Counted from the first letter of the stretch, positions 52,596 through 61,869 are shown. The stretch is 64,000 bases of DNA from Ruminococcus sp. (GCA_017472145.1 JAFUQX010000063.1:4626-68625), one strand, 5' to 3'. Notes: generated by a model from the sequence alone, not told the origin. Numbers and translations are program-made.

Positions 52596-52898
52596 ATGAA
52601 AATCGAAGTTGGAACTGTGATCAGAGGACATATTGTTTACGGCGTTTACGCTAATGCTTACTGCATTGCAAGTCCTATTGCACAGGGCGGTGAATATGTA
52701 GTATGGCACATTGGTGATGATGGAGCCAGCGTATGGCTCGGCTCATACTTTCCAAATCAGATGGATGCAGAATGGGCATACGCTTCTAAATGCTTCCCAT
52801 GGTTTCAGGATAATGTGATTATCTCTATGGACGAAGATGAAGACGATGATGAAGACGATACAGACGAAACCTTTGAGGAATGCCCTGATATTCCGTAG
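52596..52898 (+). CDS. Hypothetical early protein with a poly-acidic C-terminal tail
   Basis: 100 aa, ending MDEDEDDDEDDTDETFEECPDIP. Confidence 0.6.
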   Translation: MKIEVGTVIRGHIVYGVYANAYCIASPIAQGGEYVVWHIGDDGASVWLGSYFPNQMDAEWAYASKCFPWFQDNVIISMDEDEDDDEDDTDETFEECPDIP

Positions 52899-52951
52899 AG
52901 CCGAAACGGCGGAGCGATCCGCCGTCTGCCGGAGATGGTCTACCGGTACTG

Positions 52952-55006
52952 ATGATGGCAGACCGACAGCTTATGCTGTCAGAAAGGAGAGATCATGTGG
53001 AGTACTTAACCGTTAAGGAAGTGGCTGAGCTGAAAGGCTGCAAGCCACAGTATATACAAAAGCTTGCCAAAGACGGCAAACTGGATGCTGTTATTCGGGA
53101 GCATCCACAGAATCATAAGCCCTGCTATATGTTCCCGGTATCATCCCTGCCGGATGATCTGAGGGCGAAGTATTATGGCAGACTGAAAACGGATTCCAGA
53201 ACAGCTCCAGAGCTGAAGGAATCTGAGCTTTTAAAACCTCGTAAAAAGGTGGTTAAAAAGCCTTTTGAAGCGTACACCGCAGAAGAACGCAAGGAAATTG
53301 CTTTATGGTGCGGTATTATCCGTGAGTGGCAGGATCTGAGAGCGAAATATAAGAAAAAGACCTCAGTCGATGCTGATTTCGTTGGAAAATGCAGACTGGA
53401 GTATGGGGAGAGTATCAATATCAGTATAGATATTCTTTATAGAAAATACGCTGCATTCAGGGAGAATGACTATGACGGTCTGATTGATAAGAGAGGCGGT
53501 TGGAATAAAGGCATTTCATTCATGAATGAAGATGTCTGGAAGATGTTCACGAGAATATACCTTGTTTCCAGCCGTCCGACTGTTAGCCGATGCTATACCG
53601 ACCTGAAAGCATGGTGCGCAACCAATTTTCCCGAACTGTACAGCTCCATACCGTCAGAACGAACATTCCGCCGAAGAATCAAAAACGAGATTCCAGATTG
53701 CGTGATTGAATTTACTCGGTATGGCAAGAAGTCCTGCTTTGACAAATATCTTGAATACATAGAGCGTGATTACACGGATCTGAATGCCAATGACATATGG
53801 ATCGCAGACAACCACACGCTTGATGTCATATCGCTGTCTTCTGAAGGAAAGCCACACAGACTGTCGCTTACAGCGTATATGGACGCTAAGAGCGGAGTCA
53901 TTGTAGGATGGAATCTGTGTGATAATCCCTGCTCACAGTCAACACTGCTTGCGTTCCGTGCAGCTGTTCTGAATGGCTACGGCATACCGCTTGGCGTATA
54001 TTTCGATAACGGTTCTGAGTTTCTGACGCATGACATAGCCGGAAGAGGACACCGTAAAAAAGCAAGCTGGAATAAAGGTGATGATCCACCTACGATCCTT
54101 TCACTGCTGGGCGTTACAATGACCAATGCTCTTGTAAAAAATGCGAAGGCAAAAAATATTGAGCGGTATTTTCTCACATTCAAGGAATTTATCTCAAAGG
54201 CGTTTAGCGGATATTCGGGAGGAACGATTCTGGAGAGACCAGAAGATCTTGCGCAGAAGGTTAAAAACGGAGAGATACCAACGGATGAGGAAGTTGCTGA
54301 GCTGCTGTCTACGCTGATCAACGGCGGATACAACTGTAAAGAGTACGGCGGCAAAGAAAAACGCTATAAGGGTATGACCAGAATTGAGGTCTGGAATGAA
54401 AGCATCAATTCCGCTGAAGTTTCATTCCGCGATGCAGATGATGAAGACCTTACCCTGCTTCTTGCAAGAACATCTCGCTATCAGAAAATCCAACGAAATG
54501 GAGTGCACATCGAACTTTATGGCAAAAAAGTTTGGTTTAAAGATGAGAATACAGCGTTCCACGTTGGAAAAGAAGTGTATGTCCGCTACGATCCGGCTGA
54601 ACTGGATGAAGTCAGAGTGTACGATAAGGCAACAGATCAGTTCCTGTGGGTATACAAAAGAGCGGATTATCTCAATGTGCCTTACAACGTCAAAGACGAA
54701 GAGGGACGGGATAAAATTGCAGTTGCAATGTCACATATTGCAAGAAACAGAAAGGCGATCATGCAAACAGTTGCAGCCTATACGGATTCTGATGCAATTG
54801 ATGTACTGGCAGCAAGAATCAATGAGGCGGCATCTAATATGGATAAGATGAAGATATGTCGCCCAAAGACTGTACATCCCATTACTGCTGCGGAGCTGAA
54901 CGCTGAGCATCCGGGACGTGGGGAAATCATTGCTGTCTCTATTGCGGATGAGCTGGCAGCTTTAAAGGCTGTAAACGATAAGCTTGAGAAAGTGAAAGGA
55001 GCGTAA
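52952..55006 (+). CDS. Mu-like DDE transposase (MuA family)
   Basis: N-terminal HTH (LTVKEVAELKGCKPQYIQKL). rve-type core (IWIADNHTLDV ... AYMDAKSGVIVGW ... YFDNGSEF). Mu-transposase C-terminal region. The true start may be GTG at 52997, after AAAGGAGAG. Confidence 0.9.
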   Translation: MMADRQLMLSERRDHVEYLTVKEVAELKGCKPQYIQKLAKDGKLDAVIREHPQNHKPCYMFPVSSLPDDLRAKYYGRLKTDSRTAPELKESELLKPRKKVVKKPFEAYTAEERKEIALWCGIIREWQDLRAKYKKKTSVDADFVGKCRLEYGESINISIDILYRKYAAFRENDYDGLIDKRGGWNKGISFMNEDVWKMFTRIYLVSSRPTVSRCYTDLKAWCATNFPELYSSIPSERTFRRRIKNEIPDCVIEFTRYGKKSCFDKYLEYIERDYTDLNANDIWIADNHTLDVISLSSEGKPHRLSLTAYMDAKSGVIVGWNLCDNPCSQSTLLAFRAAVLNGYGIPLGVYFDNGSEFLTHDIAGRGHRKKASWNKGDDPPTILSLLGVTMTNALVKNAKAKNIERYFLTFKEFISKAFSGYSGGTILERPEDLAQKVKNGEIPTDEEVAELLSTLINGGYNCKEYGGKEKRYKGMTRIEVWNESINSAEVSFRDADDEDLTLLLARTSRYQKIQRNGVHIELYGKKVWFKDENTAFHVGKEVYVRYDPAELDEVRVYDKATDQFLWVYKRADYLNVPYNVKDEEGRDKIAVAMSHIARNRKAIMQTVAAYTDSDAIDVLAARINEAASNMDKMKICRPKTVHPITAAELNAEHPGRGEIIAVSIADELAALKAVNDKLEKVKGA

Positions 55007-55009
55007 TTT

Positions 55010-56161
55010 ATGGATTTAAAAGAAAGAGCTGCGGTGATTGCAGATGATCTTAAGGTGGATTTTGATAAGGTTCACATGGTTGTGGGACTTACAAAAGACC
55101 AGTTTGAAGCTGCATGCAGCGGCGACAATAATATTCTGGATAAGGCAATACAGTTTCTGGAGGAGCGTGAAGCAGCGTTTGCTGCATATGAGTCTGAACA
55201 GGCAGACGCACTTAAAGCGTTTGAAAAGCTCATTACGATAGAGGGCAACCAGAGAAAGGCTGCTGAAAAGGTAGGGATCGGACAAGCGATCATTTCACAG
55301 ATGAGAAGAGGCAAATATATCGGACGATCTGAAAAGTACTTCTCCATTCTGACAGAGTATTTTCAGATCAAGGCAGAAAAGAATGAACTCCCCAGCGTAT
55401 TTGTTCCGGTTGACTATGCCCCCACGACCATCTCTCAGATGATATATGAACGCCTGAGAAACGTTCATGTTCTTGGCGGATGTGCCGTCATAACCGGCGA
55501 CTCCGGCATAGGAAAGACCAAAACTATACAGAAGTATGCTAAGGATAATCGTACAAAAACGATCGTGATCACTGCGAGCGTGTTTCATCACACTGCGAAT
55601 GATGTGCTTTATCTGCTGGCATCAGAGCTTGGAATCAGTGACAGCAACAAGCGGCGTGTCAAAAATGCGCTCTTCTCGAAGCTGCGTGACGGAATGATCA
55701 TCATTGTGGACGAGGCGCAGGAACTCACCTACCAGGCAGCCAATGCGCTGCGCTCCATCCCCGACTATTTTGAAGCAAAGGGAGAAACCATCGGACTTGC
55801 CTTTGTTGGAAATCCCTGCTTTTACAATAAGTTTAACGGCAGATACACAAGTGACCGTGTTCAAGTAAGCAGCCGATTTGTCACTGAACCGACCTATACA
55901 GCGGAACAGATACAGTTTGAAGATACAAAGATGCTGTACCCCCAGCTGACGCAGCAGGACATGCTGTCAGAACTGATGTTCCTGCACAGCATTGCAACAA
56001 CACCGAATCTTGGTCAGCGGAAAGCCTTGTTCATCTTTAAAAACGCATACAACTACGGAAGATATGACCTGGATGCACTGATTAAGGGTGCGAAGGATGC
56101 GAAAATTCATTTCGACAATCTGAATGAGATCCTGAACAGAATCAAAAAGATGGAGGTATAG
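55010..56161 (+). CDS. MuB-like AAA+ transposition ATPase
   Basis: Walker A GDSGIGKTKT, Walker B IIIVDEAQEL. Immediately downstream of the transposase. Confidence 0.85.
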   Translation: MDLKERAAVIADDLKVDFDKVHMVVGLTKDQFEAACSGDNNILDKAIQFLEEREAAFAAYESEQADALKAFEKLITIEGNQRKAAEKVGIGQAIISQMRRGKYIGRSEKYFSILTEYFQIKAEKNELPSVFVPVDYAPTTISQMIYERLRNVHVLGGCAVITGDSGIGKTKTIQKYAKDNRTKTIVITASVFHHTANDVLYLLASELGISDSNKRRVKNALFSKLRDGMIIIVDEAQELTYQAANALRSIPDYFEAKGETIGLAFVGNPCFYNKFNGRYTSDRVQVSSRFVTEPTYTAEQIQFEDTKMLYPQLTQQDMLSELMFLHSIATTPNLGQRKALFIFKNAYNYGRYDLDALIKGAKDAKIHFDNLNEILNRIKKMEV

Positions 56162-56163
56162 GC

Positions 56164-56334
56164 ATGAAAAACGGCAAGCGTCCCACCAGGGCGCAGAAGA
56201 TGCCGATCCAGTCGCTGGGATTCCAGCCGGATAACTGGCTGATCTCCAAGAATACCAGCACAGAAATGGTGATTGTGCATCGGTTTACCGGACGAACAAG
56301 AGTTATCCCGAAGCGAGGGCTGTATGATGAATAA
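56164..56334 (+). CDS. Small conserved phage/ICE protein (56 aa; below the ORF-track cutoff)
   Basis: MKNGKRPTRAQKMPIQSLGFQPDNWLISKNTSTEMVIVHRFTGRTRVIPK resembles the DUF6906 family as I recall it. Its stop overlaps the next gene's start region. Confidence 0.5.
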   Translation: MKNGKRPTRAQKMPIQSLGFQPDNWLISKNTSTEMVIVHRFTGRTRVIPKRGLYDE

Positions 56335-56680
56335 AAACATGGAAATCCGAATACGTAAAGATCTGAGTCCGTTGAATAAGGCTGAGCTTGTAGAAATGAT
56401 CCTATTTCTGATGAGAACGTCTACCGTTGCCATCCGATACACTCTTCCGGGAGGATATGACGTGCCGGAGGTAATACGAGTCATCCGAAAAAAGACGCTG
56501 TTAGAAAAGATTGGCAGGCTTCTGGAGGAAAATGACAAGCTACAGGCTGAACTCTCTGAACTCCTAAAGTCTCCGCCTGGAACATCTGCGACAGCAGCAG
56601 GTCTCTTGAATCGCCTGGAGCAGAATGAAAAGAAGTATATGCAGATGTCAGAGCGGCTGGAAAAACTGGAAACACAGTAA
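56324..56680 (+). CDS. Hypothetical coiled-coil protein
   Basis: Start trimmed to MMNKNMEIRIRK. The C-terminus is a predicted coiled coil (KLQAELSELLK...EKKYMQMSERLEKLE). Confidence 0.55.
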   Translation: MMNKNMEIRIRKDLSPLNKAELVEMILFLMRTSTVAIRYTLPGGYDVPEVIRVIRKKTLLEKIGRLLEENDKLQAELSELLKSPPGTSATAAGLLNRLEQNEKKYMQMSERLEKLETQ

Positions 56681-56795
56681 GTATAACCGCATATGAGGAG
56701 CGCACCTGCTCCTCCCCTAATGCAGCCGAAGACGGTGACAAGCCCGTGCAAATGCAGAGTCGGGAAAACAAAATACATAATATGGAGGTATTGTC

Positions 56796-57089
56796 ATGGG
56801 AACACTGACGAAAAAGCAGGCAGCGGCAATGCTGCTGGCTGTGCAGAAGGTCAAGGAACTGGAAGCAAAGAAGAAGGAGATCGACACGCAGATCAAGGAG
56901 AACACCGATCTGATCAAGGAGTTGATGGAGAGCAAGCTGCTGGAAGAGGTAGAGGTTGGAGAGTACACCGTCCGCTGGGCAGCAATGGCAGCAAGCCGAT
57001 TTGACACTACCACATTTAAGAAGGAGCATGAGGAACTGTATATGCAGTACCTGAAGCCTTCTACCAGTAAGCGGTTTTCGATTAAGTGA
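56796..57089 (+). CDS. Hypothetical phage protein (97 aa)
   Basis: ORF with RBS GGAGG and a coiled-coil N-terminal half. No family recognised. Confidence 0.6.
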   Translation: MGTLTKKQAAAMLLAVQKVKELEAKKKEIDTQIKENTDLIKELMESKLLEEVEVGEYTVRWAAMAASRFDTTTFKKEHEELYMQYLKPSTSKRFSIK

Positions 57090-57098
57090 GGAGGAATC

Positions 57099-57494
57099 AT
57101 GACAGAGAAACAGTGGAAAACAGCAGAAGAACGACTCGGAATGCCCTGTGCCATGATCACATTAAAAGCTGACGGGTATCGAATTGATATCCAGACACAG
57201 CTTGACAAGATGAAATTGGTTCTGGCTGTCTATGTGAATGGTGAGATTCGTCTGGAGTGGGCTTCCAATGACTGCGAGATCCGCCGGAAGTTCTATTTTG
57301 GTGAAAAGCGAACACTGCTGTCACGCAAACAGAGAGAGGAACTGAAAAAAGAGAAAAAGGCATTTCAAAAGGCGGTTAAGGAGAAAATGGAATACAAGGT
57401 CTATACTCCCTACTGGAATTCATTCTGCTCTCTGAAACGGCATCTCATCAAAAATTGCACCTCTATCGAGCAATGGGAGGAGCTGAGTGTGTGA
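57099..57494 (+). CDS. Hypothetical phage protein (131 aa)
   Basis: ORF after GAGGAGG, in the phage early/middle block. Confidence 0.6.
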   Translation: MTEKQWKTAEERLGMPCAMITLKADGYRIDIQTQLDKMKLVLAVYVNGEIRLEWASNDCEIRRKFYFGEKRTLLSRKQREELKKEKKAFQKAVKEKMEYKVYTPYWNSFCSLKRHLIKNCTSIEQWEELSV

Positions 57495-57970
57495 GTCAGA
57501 AGCAGAGCGTCCAGAAGCTCTACGCCAAAGCAGCAGTCCTGGGCATGGTCGAACCCGGAAGTCATGAGGATGCGTTTCATCAGCTTGTGTACGGTCTAAC
57601 CGGCAAGGAATCAGTAAAGGCTCTGACGGAGCAGGAAGCTGAGCGTGTAAAAAAAGAGCTTGCCCGAAGGCTGAGAACGCAGAAGCCCAGACACAGCACA
57701 AAGCAGCAGGATGTCCCCGGCATGATGACATACAAACAGAGGTCCTATGCATGGCGGCTGATCTATGACCTTGCAGCGCTCTCACCCTCAAAGGCCAGCG
57801 AGGGAGAGCGTATGGCAGGAGCAGTACAAAAGATACTTGGAATTACTGCTGCGCCTGCTGATCCGCTGCGCTGGGTAACATTTGAAGACGGGAAAAAGCT
57901 GATCGAACATCTGAAACGCTACGTAAGAGCGGCACAGAAAAAGGCGGTGAAAAGGGATGAATCTGGATAG
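57491..57970 (+). CDS. GemA-like regulatory protein (DUF1018, Mu gp16-like)
   Basis: QKLYAKAAVLGM....FHQLVYGLTGKESVKALTEQEAERVKKEL and a second half KQRSYAWRLIYDLAAL. GTG at 57491 (GTGA overlap) after GGGAGGAG. Confidence 0.7.
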   Translation: MSQKQSVQKLYAKAAVLGMVEPGSHEDAFHQLVYGLTGKESVKALTEQEAERVKKELARRLRTQKPRHSTKQQDVPGMMTYKQRSYAWRLIYDLAALSPSKASEGERMAGAVQKILGITAAPADPLRWVTFEDGKKLIEHLKRYVRAAQKKAVKRDESG

Positions 57971-58265
57971 GCTGACAATGGAACAGCTGCAAGGCAATCA
58001 GAAGGAACTTGCGGAGACGATCGGTATTGAAGCCTATCGGAAGCTGGTAGCACGGTACGGCGGAGGAAATGTGTATGTATGCAAGCTGGATACACTGCTG
58101 CAGCCATTCCGGGATGAAGAAATCTATCGCATGTTCAACGGACGTAATTACAGAGAAATCGCTGTACAGTATAATCTGACTGAAAAAACGGTGCGTGAAA
58201 TCATTGCAAAACAGAACGAAGCGAATATGTCCGGACAAATGCTGCTGATCGATGATGAATTCTGA
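57957..58265 (+). CDS. Mor-family transcriptional activator
   Basis: ELAETIGIEAYRKLVARYGGGNVYVCK...RDEEIYRMFNGRNYREIAVQYNLTEKTVREII fits the Mor/C family pattern. Confidence 0.8.
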   Translation: MNLDRLTMEQLQGNQKELAETIGIEAYRKLVARYGGGNVYVCKLDTLLQPFRDEEIYRMFNGRNYREIAVQYNLTEKTVREIIAKQNEANMSGQMLLIDDEF

Positions 58266-58314
58266 TGATAGAAATAAGTGAATGCACGCCCTGTCTGTAC
58301 GGGTGTCTGAATTG

Positions 58315-58352
58315 TATGCTATGCTGTAATTAACGGCATAGCATATTTTTTT
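58315..58352 (+). terminator. Intrinsic terminator after mor
   Basis: 10-bp stem TATGCTATGC / GCATAGCATA followed by TTTTTTT. Confidence 0.65.
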
Positions 58353-58368
58353 AGGGAGGGACAAAAAC

Positions 58369-58599
58369 TTGCCGCAGGAATTTATTTACTACCTGTTTAC
58401 AACAGCAGTTACCGTTGTGATCGGAATCATCGGATATTTTCTGAAACGCACCATGAGCCGCAGCGACCAGAATGAAGCTGCCATCCGTGAACTGAGAGAC
58501 GACCTGCTCACACTCTCTGACCGGTACGCCACAAAAAATGATGATTTCGTCCGGACGATGACACGACTAGAAACGAAAATTGACAAGCTGAAGGGGTGA
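58369..58599 (+). CDS. Hypothetical single-TM protein (76 aa)
   Basis: TTG start 8 nt after AGGGAGGG. TM helix YYLFTTAVTVVIGIIGYFL, then a coiled coil. Confidence 0.5.
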   Translation: MPQEFIYYLFTTAVTVVIGIIGYFLKRTMSRSDQNEAAIRELRDDLLTLSDRYATKNDDFVRTMTRLETKIDKLKG

Positions 58600-58934
58600 G
58601 AAAATTGGAACAGAAAGAACTGATGCAGCGTATGCAGCAGAGCGCATTTGCCAGAAATAACGCAATGGCCCTGAAGGCCATCAACCTGCTGCGTGATAAA
58701 TATGTCGCACTGGAGGATATCTGCAATGCGCTGCAGCCAAGCATGACGGAACCCGAATTCCGGGACGCTGTAAACTATCTGACCGAATGTGGTTACATCC
58801 GGCTGCGTGATACGGAAACCAAGAGCGTCACCACCCTTGCAGATGCACCTATGAACGCACTGGAAGCAAAGGTCACAGCAGACGGCATCCGGATCATTGC
58901 CTGCACACGCACGGATGAGTGCATTGATGTGTAA
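58596..58934 (+). CDS. Hypothetical phage protein (112 aa)
   Basis: GTG start overlapping the upstream stop (GTGA). No family recognised. Confidence 0.55.
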   Translation: MRKLEQKELMQRMQQSAFARNNAMALKAINLLRDKYVALEDICNALQPSMTEPEFRDAVNYLTECGYIRLRDTETKSVTTLADAPMNALEAKVTADGIRIIACTRTDECIDV

Positions 58935-58945
58935 GGAGGTGCAGC

Positions 58946-59497
58946 ATGGGAAGACGTAAGCATTCCAAGATTGACCACCTTGATCCGGCAGTAAAGGCTA
59001 CAGTGGATGAGATGATCAGGACCGGCACGTATTACTACCGTGACATTGTGGCATACATTCAATCCCACGGCATCAGCATTTCCCTTGCAGCTGTCGGCAA
59101 GTATGCAAAGAACCTCATGAGTACGCTGGATGCGCTCCGTATTTCGCAGGAGAACTTCCGGGCAATCATGGAGGAAACAGACCGCTATCCTGATCTTGAT
59201 ATGACAGACGGCATTCTGCGCCTGCTGTGCAACCAGATGCTGGAAGCTATCAACAAGCTGCCAGAGGAACGCCTGGAGAACATCGATTTTGATGCACTGA
59301 CAAAGAATGCAGTTGCGCTGACCCGTGCAATTGCGTACAAAAAGAATATCGACATCAAGAGCAGGGATACGCTTGAAAACGGCGCAGAACAATTCAAGGA
59401 ACTGATCTTTGAAGCAATGGCTGCGGAACGACCTGACTTGTACAAGGAAGTCAAGAAATTTATTAAGGCAAAACAGAAGGAGGATGATGCGAAATGA
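58946..59497 (+). CDS. DUF3486 protein (Mu gp27-like small terminase candidate)
   Basis: MGRRKHSKIDHLDPAVKATVDEMIRTG.YYYRDIVAYIQSHGISISLAAVGKYAKN matches the DUF3486 N-terminal pattern as I recall it. Confidence 0.7.
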   Translation: MGRRKHSKIDHLDPAVKATVDEMIRTGTYYYRDIVAYIQSHGISISLAAVGKYAKNLMSTLDALRISQENFRAIMEETDRYPDLDMTDGILRLLCNQMLEAINKLPEERLENIDFDALTKNAVALTRAIAYKKNIDIKSRDTLENGAEQFKELIFEAMAAERPDLYKEVKKFIKAKQKEDDAK

Positions 59498-59991
59498 TGT
59501 ATGTATTTCAGGTGAAGCCCGGCACGGATCTGCTTGTTGCGTCAAATCTCCGGAAAAGAGGATACTTTGTGCGCTGCCCTCAGAGAACGCTGTTTCTTCG
59601 CAAGGATGGCGAATGGACAGAGAAAACAGAGCCTGTATTTGCAGGATACCTGTTTTTGGAACATCCGTACGACAAGCCGCTGAGCAATGCGCAGTATTAC
59701 GACATCTGCAATACCGATGGTGTTGTGGGCTTTCTGAAGAATGGAAGCACTCCTGCGCAGCTGGCAGAACATGAGGAGCAGTACATACACTGGCTCTGGA
59801 ACTACGGCAAGCCCATTGCAGCATCTCATGTGTACAAGACACCGCACGGCGATTGTATGATCCTGAGCGGCGTGCTGCGGGATTACAGCGACCGCATTGT
59901 CAGCATGGATCTGCGTCAGAGACGTGCGAGAATCCGGGTGCCGATCTGCGGTAAGGACTACAAGGTCACGTTGCCAGTCATCGGTATTTAA
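59494..59991 (+). CDS. NusG/RfaH-like (NGN domain) transcription antitermination protein
   Basis: YVFQVKPGTDLLVASNLRKRGY...CP......RKDGEW.EKTEPVFAGYLFLE and VVGFLKNG.TPAQL fit the NGN fold signature. The C-terminus has a KOW-like segment. Confidence 0.7.
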   Translation: MMYVFQVKPGTDLLVASNLRKRGYFVRCPQRTLFLRKDGEWTEKTEPVFAGYLFLEHPYDKPLSNAQYYDICNTDGVVGFLKNGSTPAQLAEHEEQYIHWLWNYGKPIAASHVYKTPHGDCMILSGVLRDYSDRIVSMDLRQRRARIRVPICGKDYKVTLPVIGI

Positions 59992-60120
59992 ACGGCTTAC
60001 ACAAATCAGTATCCGTCAAAGCTTCGGTTGATCCGTCCCGTTGCAGAGACTGATATGGCATAGGGCGGAACGGAATGCAGTGCGCTTTTTTGCATCTGCA
60101 ATCCAAATGGCGAAGCATAC

Positions 60121-60160
60121 CCGTTTAAAATGCGTTTAAACGGCCGTGTGAGCGTTTAAG
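60121..60160 (+). repeat. Internal cluster of the left-end GTTTAA motif
   Basis: CCGTTTAAAATGCGTTTAAACGG (near-palindrome) plus GCGTTTAAG. GTTTAA starts at 60123, 60134 and 60154 (spacings 11 and 20). Confidence 0.55.
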
Positions 60161-60203
60161 AAAAATCGCACGACAAAGTTTGTGCAAAAGTATAGGATGG
60201 CTT

Positions 60204-60231
60204 ACAGGGGCGTTTCCGTCCCTGTTTTTTA
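60204..60231 (+). terminator. Short intrinsic terminator in the late-operon leader
   Basis: 8-bp stem ACAGGGGC / GTCCCTGT followed by TTTTTT. It ends 23 nt before the start codon at 60254. Confidence 0.5.
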
Positions 60232-60253
60232 TTGTGACAGAAAGGAGGGCACA

Positions 60254-60592
60254 ATGGGCAAAAAGAAAAAGAGCATCAAGGAGCTGGCAGAAGGCCTTAA
60301 GGCTTATGAGGAGCGAAAAAAGGCTGCACGGGATGCGGACTTTACCGACCTTGAATCCTTCAAGGCCGCCTATCTCAATGAGCCTGATTCCAAGAAGCGA
60401 AAGAAGCTCGTAGAGGAATACAAAAAGCGTCATGCGGAGTTTGCAGAGTTTCTGAATGAGAACGGAGAACTGGTTTCTGCTGATGCAAAGATAACAGCAA
60501 CTGTACAGGCAGTTCTGTCCGGTGCAGCGGAAGAAGCTGATAACGCTGAAGCCTCTAATCTCTTTGAAAAGATACGGGAGGGACTGCGATGA
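60254..60592 (+). CDS. Hypothetical 112-aa protein upstream of the large terminase (second small-terminase candidate)
   Basis: ATG follows AAAGGAGGG. Lys/Glu-rich. Its stop overlaps the terminase start (ATGA). Confidence 0.6.
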   Translation: MGKKKKSIKELAEGLKAYEERKKAARDADFTDLESFKAAYLNEPDSKKRKKLVEEYKKRHAEFAEFLNENGELVSADAKITATVQAVLSGAAEEADNAEASNLFEKIREGLR

Positions 60593-61869
60593 AATTCGAA
60601 AGCTTCTCTCCCAAGCAGCTCTCAGCCATGCTCTGGTGGAGCTTGCCGGAATACAAGGATCATGACGCAATCGTCTGTGACGGTTCCGTCCGTTCCGGCA
60701 AAACTATGGCTATGTCAATTGGTTTTGTCATGTGGAGCATGAAGACCTTTGACAATGAAACCTTTGCATTCTGCGGAAAGACTATCGACAGTTTGAAACG
60801 CAATGTCATAACTCCGCTTCAGAAGTGGCTGGGCGGTATTATACAGCCGAAAATCAATCTCTCCAAGAATTACATGGACATCAGCTGGCTTGGGCATCAG
60901 AACCGTTACTATTTCTTTGGTGGTAAGGATGAAAGCAGCTATGCACTGATTCAGGGTATGACTCTGGCAGGTGTACTTCTGGATGAGGTCGCTCTGATGC
61001 CGAAATCGTTCGTTGATCAGGCTGTTGCTCGTTGCTCTGTAAGCGGTTCCAGGATGTGGTTCAACTGCAACCCAGACGGCAGTGAAGAACATTGGTTTTA
61101 TAAAGACTGGATCGACGATGTAAACGGAAATGCAGATAAGAAGAATCGTCTCCACCTGCATTTTACCATGAAGGATAATTATGCATTGTCCGATGCGGTG
61201 AGAGAGCGATACGAACGGCTCTATACAGGAGCATTCTACGAAAGGTACATTCTGGGATTATGGAGAGCCGTGGAGGGTATTGTGTATCCCATGTTTTCCA
61301 GGGAGCATCATGTTATCCCTGACAAAGTTCCAAGCATTGGTGAGGGCGAATACTATCTCAGCTGCGACTATGGTACACTGAACCCGACTGCTATTGGTCT
61401 TTGGCATTTGTCTCCTCATGGATATGCGATCAAGGTCAGAGAGTACTATTATGACGCACGTAAGAAAGGAATGTCCCGCACGGATGAGGAACACTATGCG
61501 CAGCTTGAAAAGTTAGCTGGGAAGCTGGCACCCTTTGTGCGTGCTGTTATCGTTGACCCGTCTGCTGCATCCTTTATCGAGACGATCCGCAGACACGCCA
61601 AATTCCGTGTCTGGCATGCAGACAACAGCGTGCTGGACGGAATACGTGATACAGCGACACTTCTGGAGCTGGGACGGCTTCGATTCTGCGCATGCTGTGA
61701 GGACACGATACGTGAATTCGGGCTGTACCGCTGGGATGAAAAAAACTCCAAGGATGCGCCCATCAAGGAAAATGACCACGCCATGGACGAAACAAGGTAC
61801 TTTGTCCGCACGGCGATGAAAAGAACTCTGAAACAAATTGCAAGGGAGCTGGAGGTGAGTGCAGTATGA
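60589..61869 (+). CDS. Phage terminase large subunit (PBSX/Terminase_3-like)
   Basis: Walker A CDGSVRSGKTMAM, Walker B LLDEVA, C-terminal nuclease region (DHAMDETRY). Confidence 0.9.
   Translation: MKFESFSPKQLSAMLWWSLPEYKDHDAIVCDGSVRSGKTMAMSIGFVMWSMKTFDNETFAFCGKTIDSLKRNVITPLQKWLGGIIQPKINLSKNYMDISWLGHQNRYYFFGGKDESSYALIQGMTLAGVLLDEVALMPKSFVDQAVARCSVSGSRMWFNCNPDGSEEHWFYKDWIDDVNGNADKKNRLHLHFTMKDNYALSDAVRERYERLYTGAFYERYILGLWRAVEGIVYPMFSREHHVIPDKVPSIGEGEYYLSCDYGTLNPTAIGLWHLSPHGYAIKVREYYYDARKKGMSRTDEEHYAQLEKLAGKLAPFVRAVIVDPSAASFIETIRRHAKFRVWHADNSVLDGIRDTATLLELGRLRFCACCEDTIREFGLYRWDEKNSKDAPIKENDHAMDETRYFVRTAMKRTLKQIARELEVSAV

Noticed and set aside
60076-60100. Hairpin TGCAGTGC...GCATCTGCA as a terminator after the NusG-like gene
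   Set aside because: No T-run follows on either strand, so I keep it only as a structural element of the leader.
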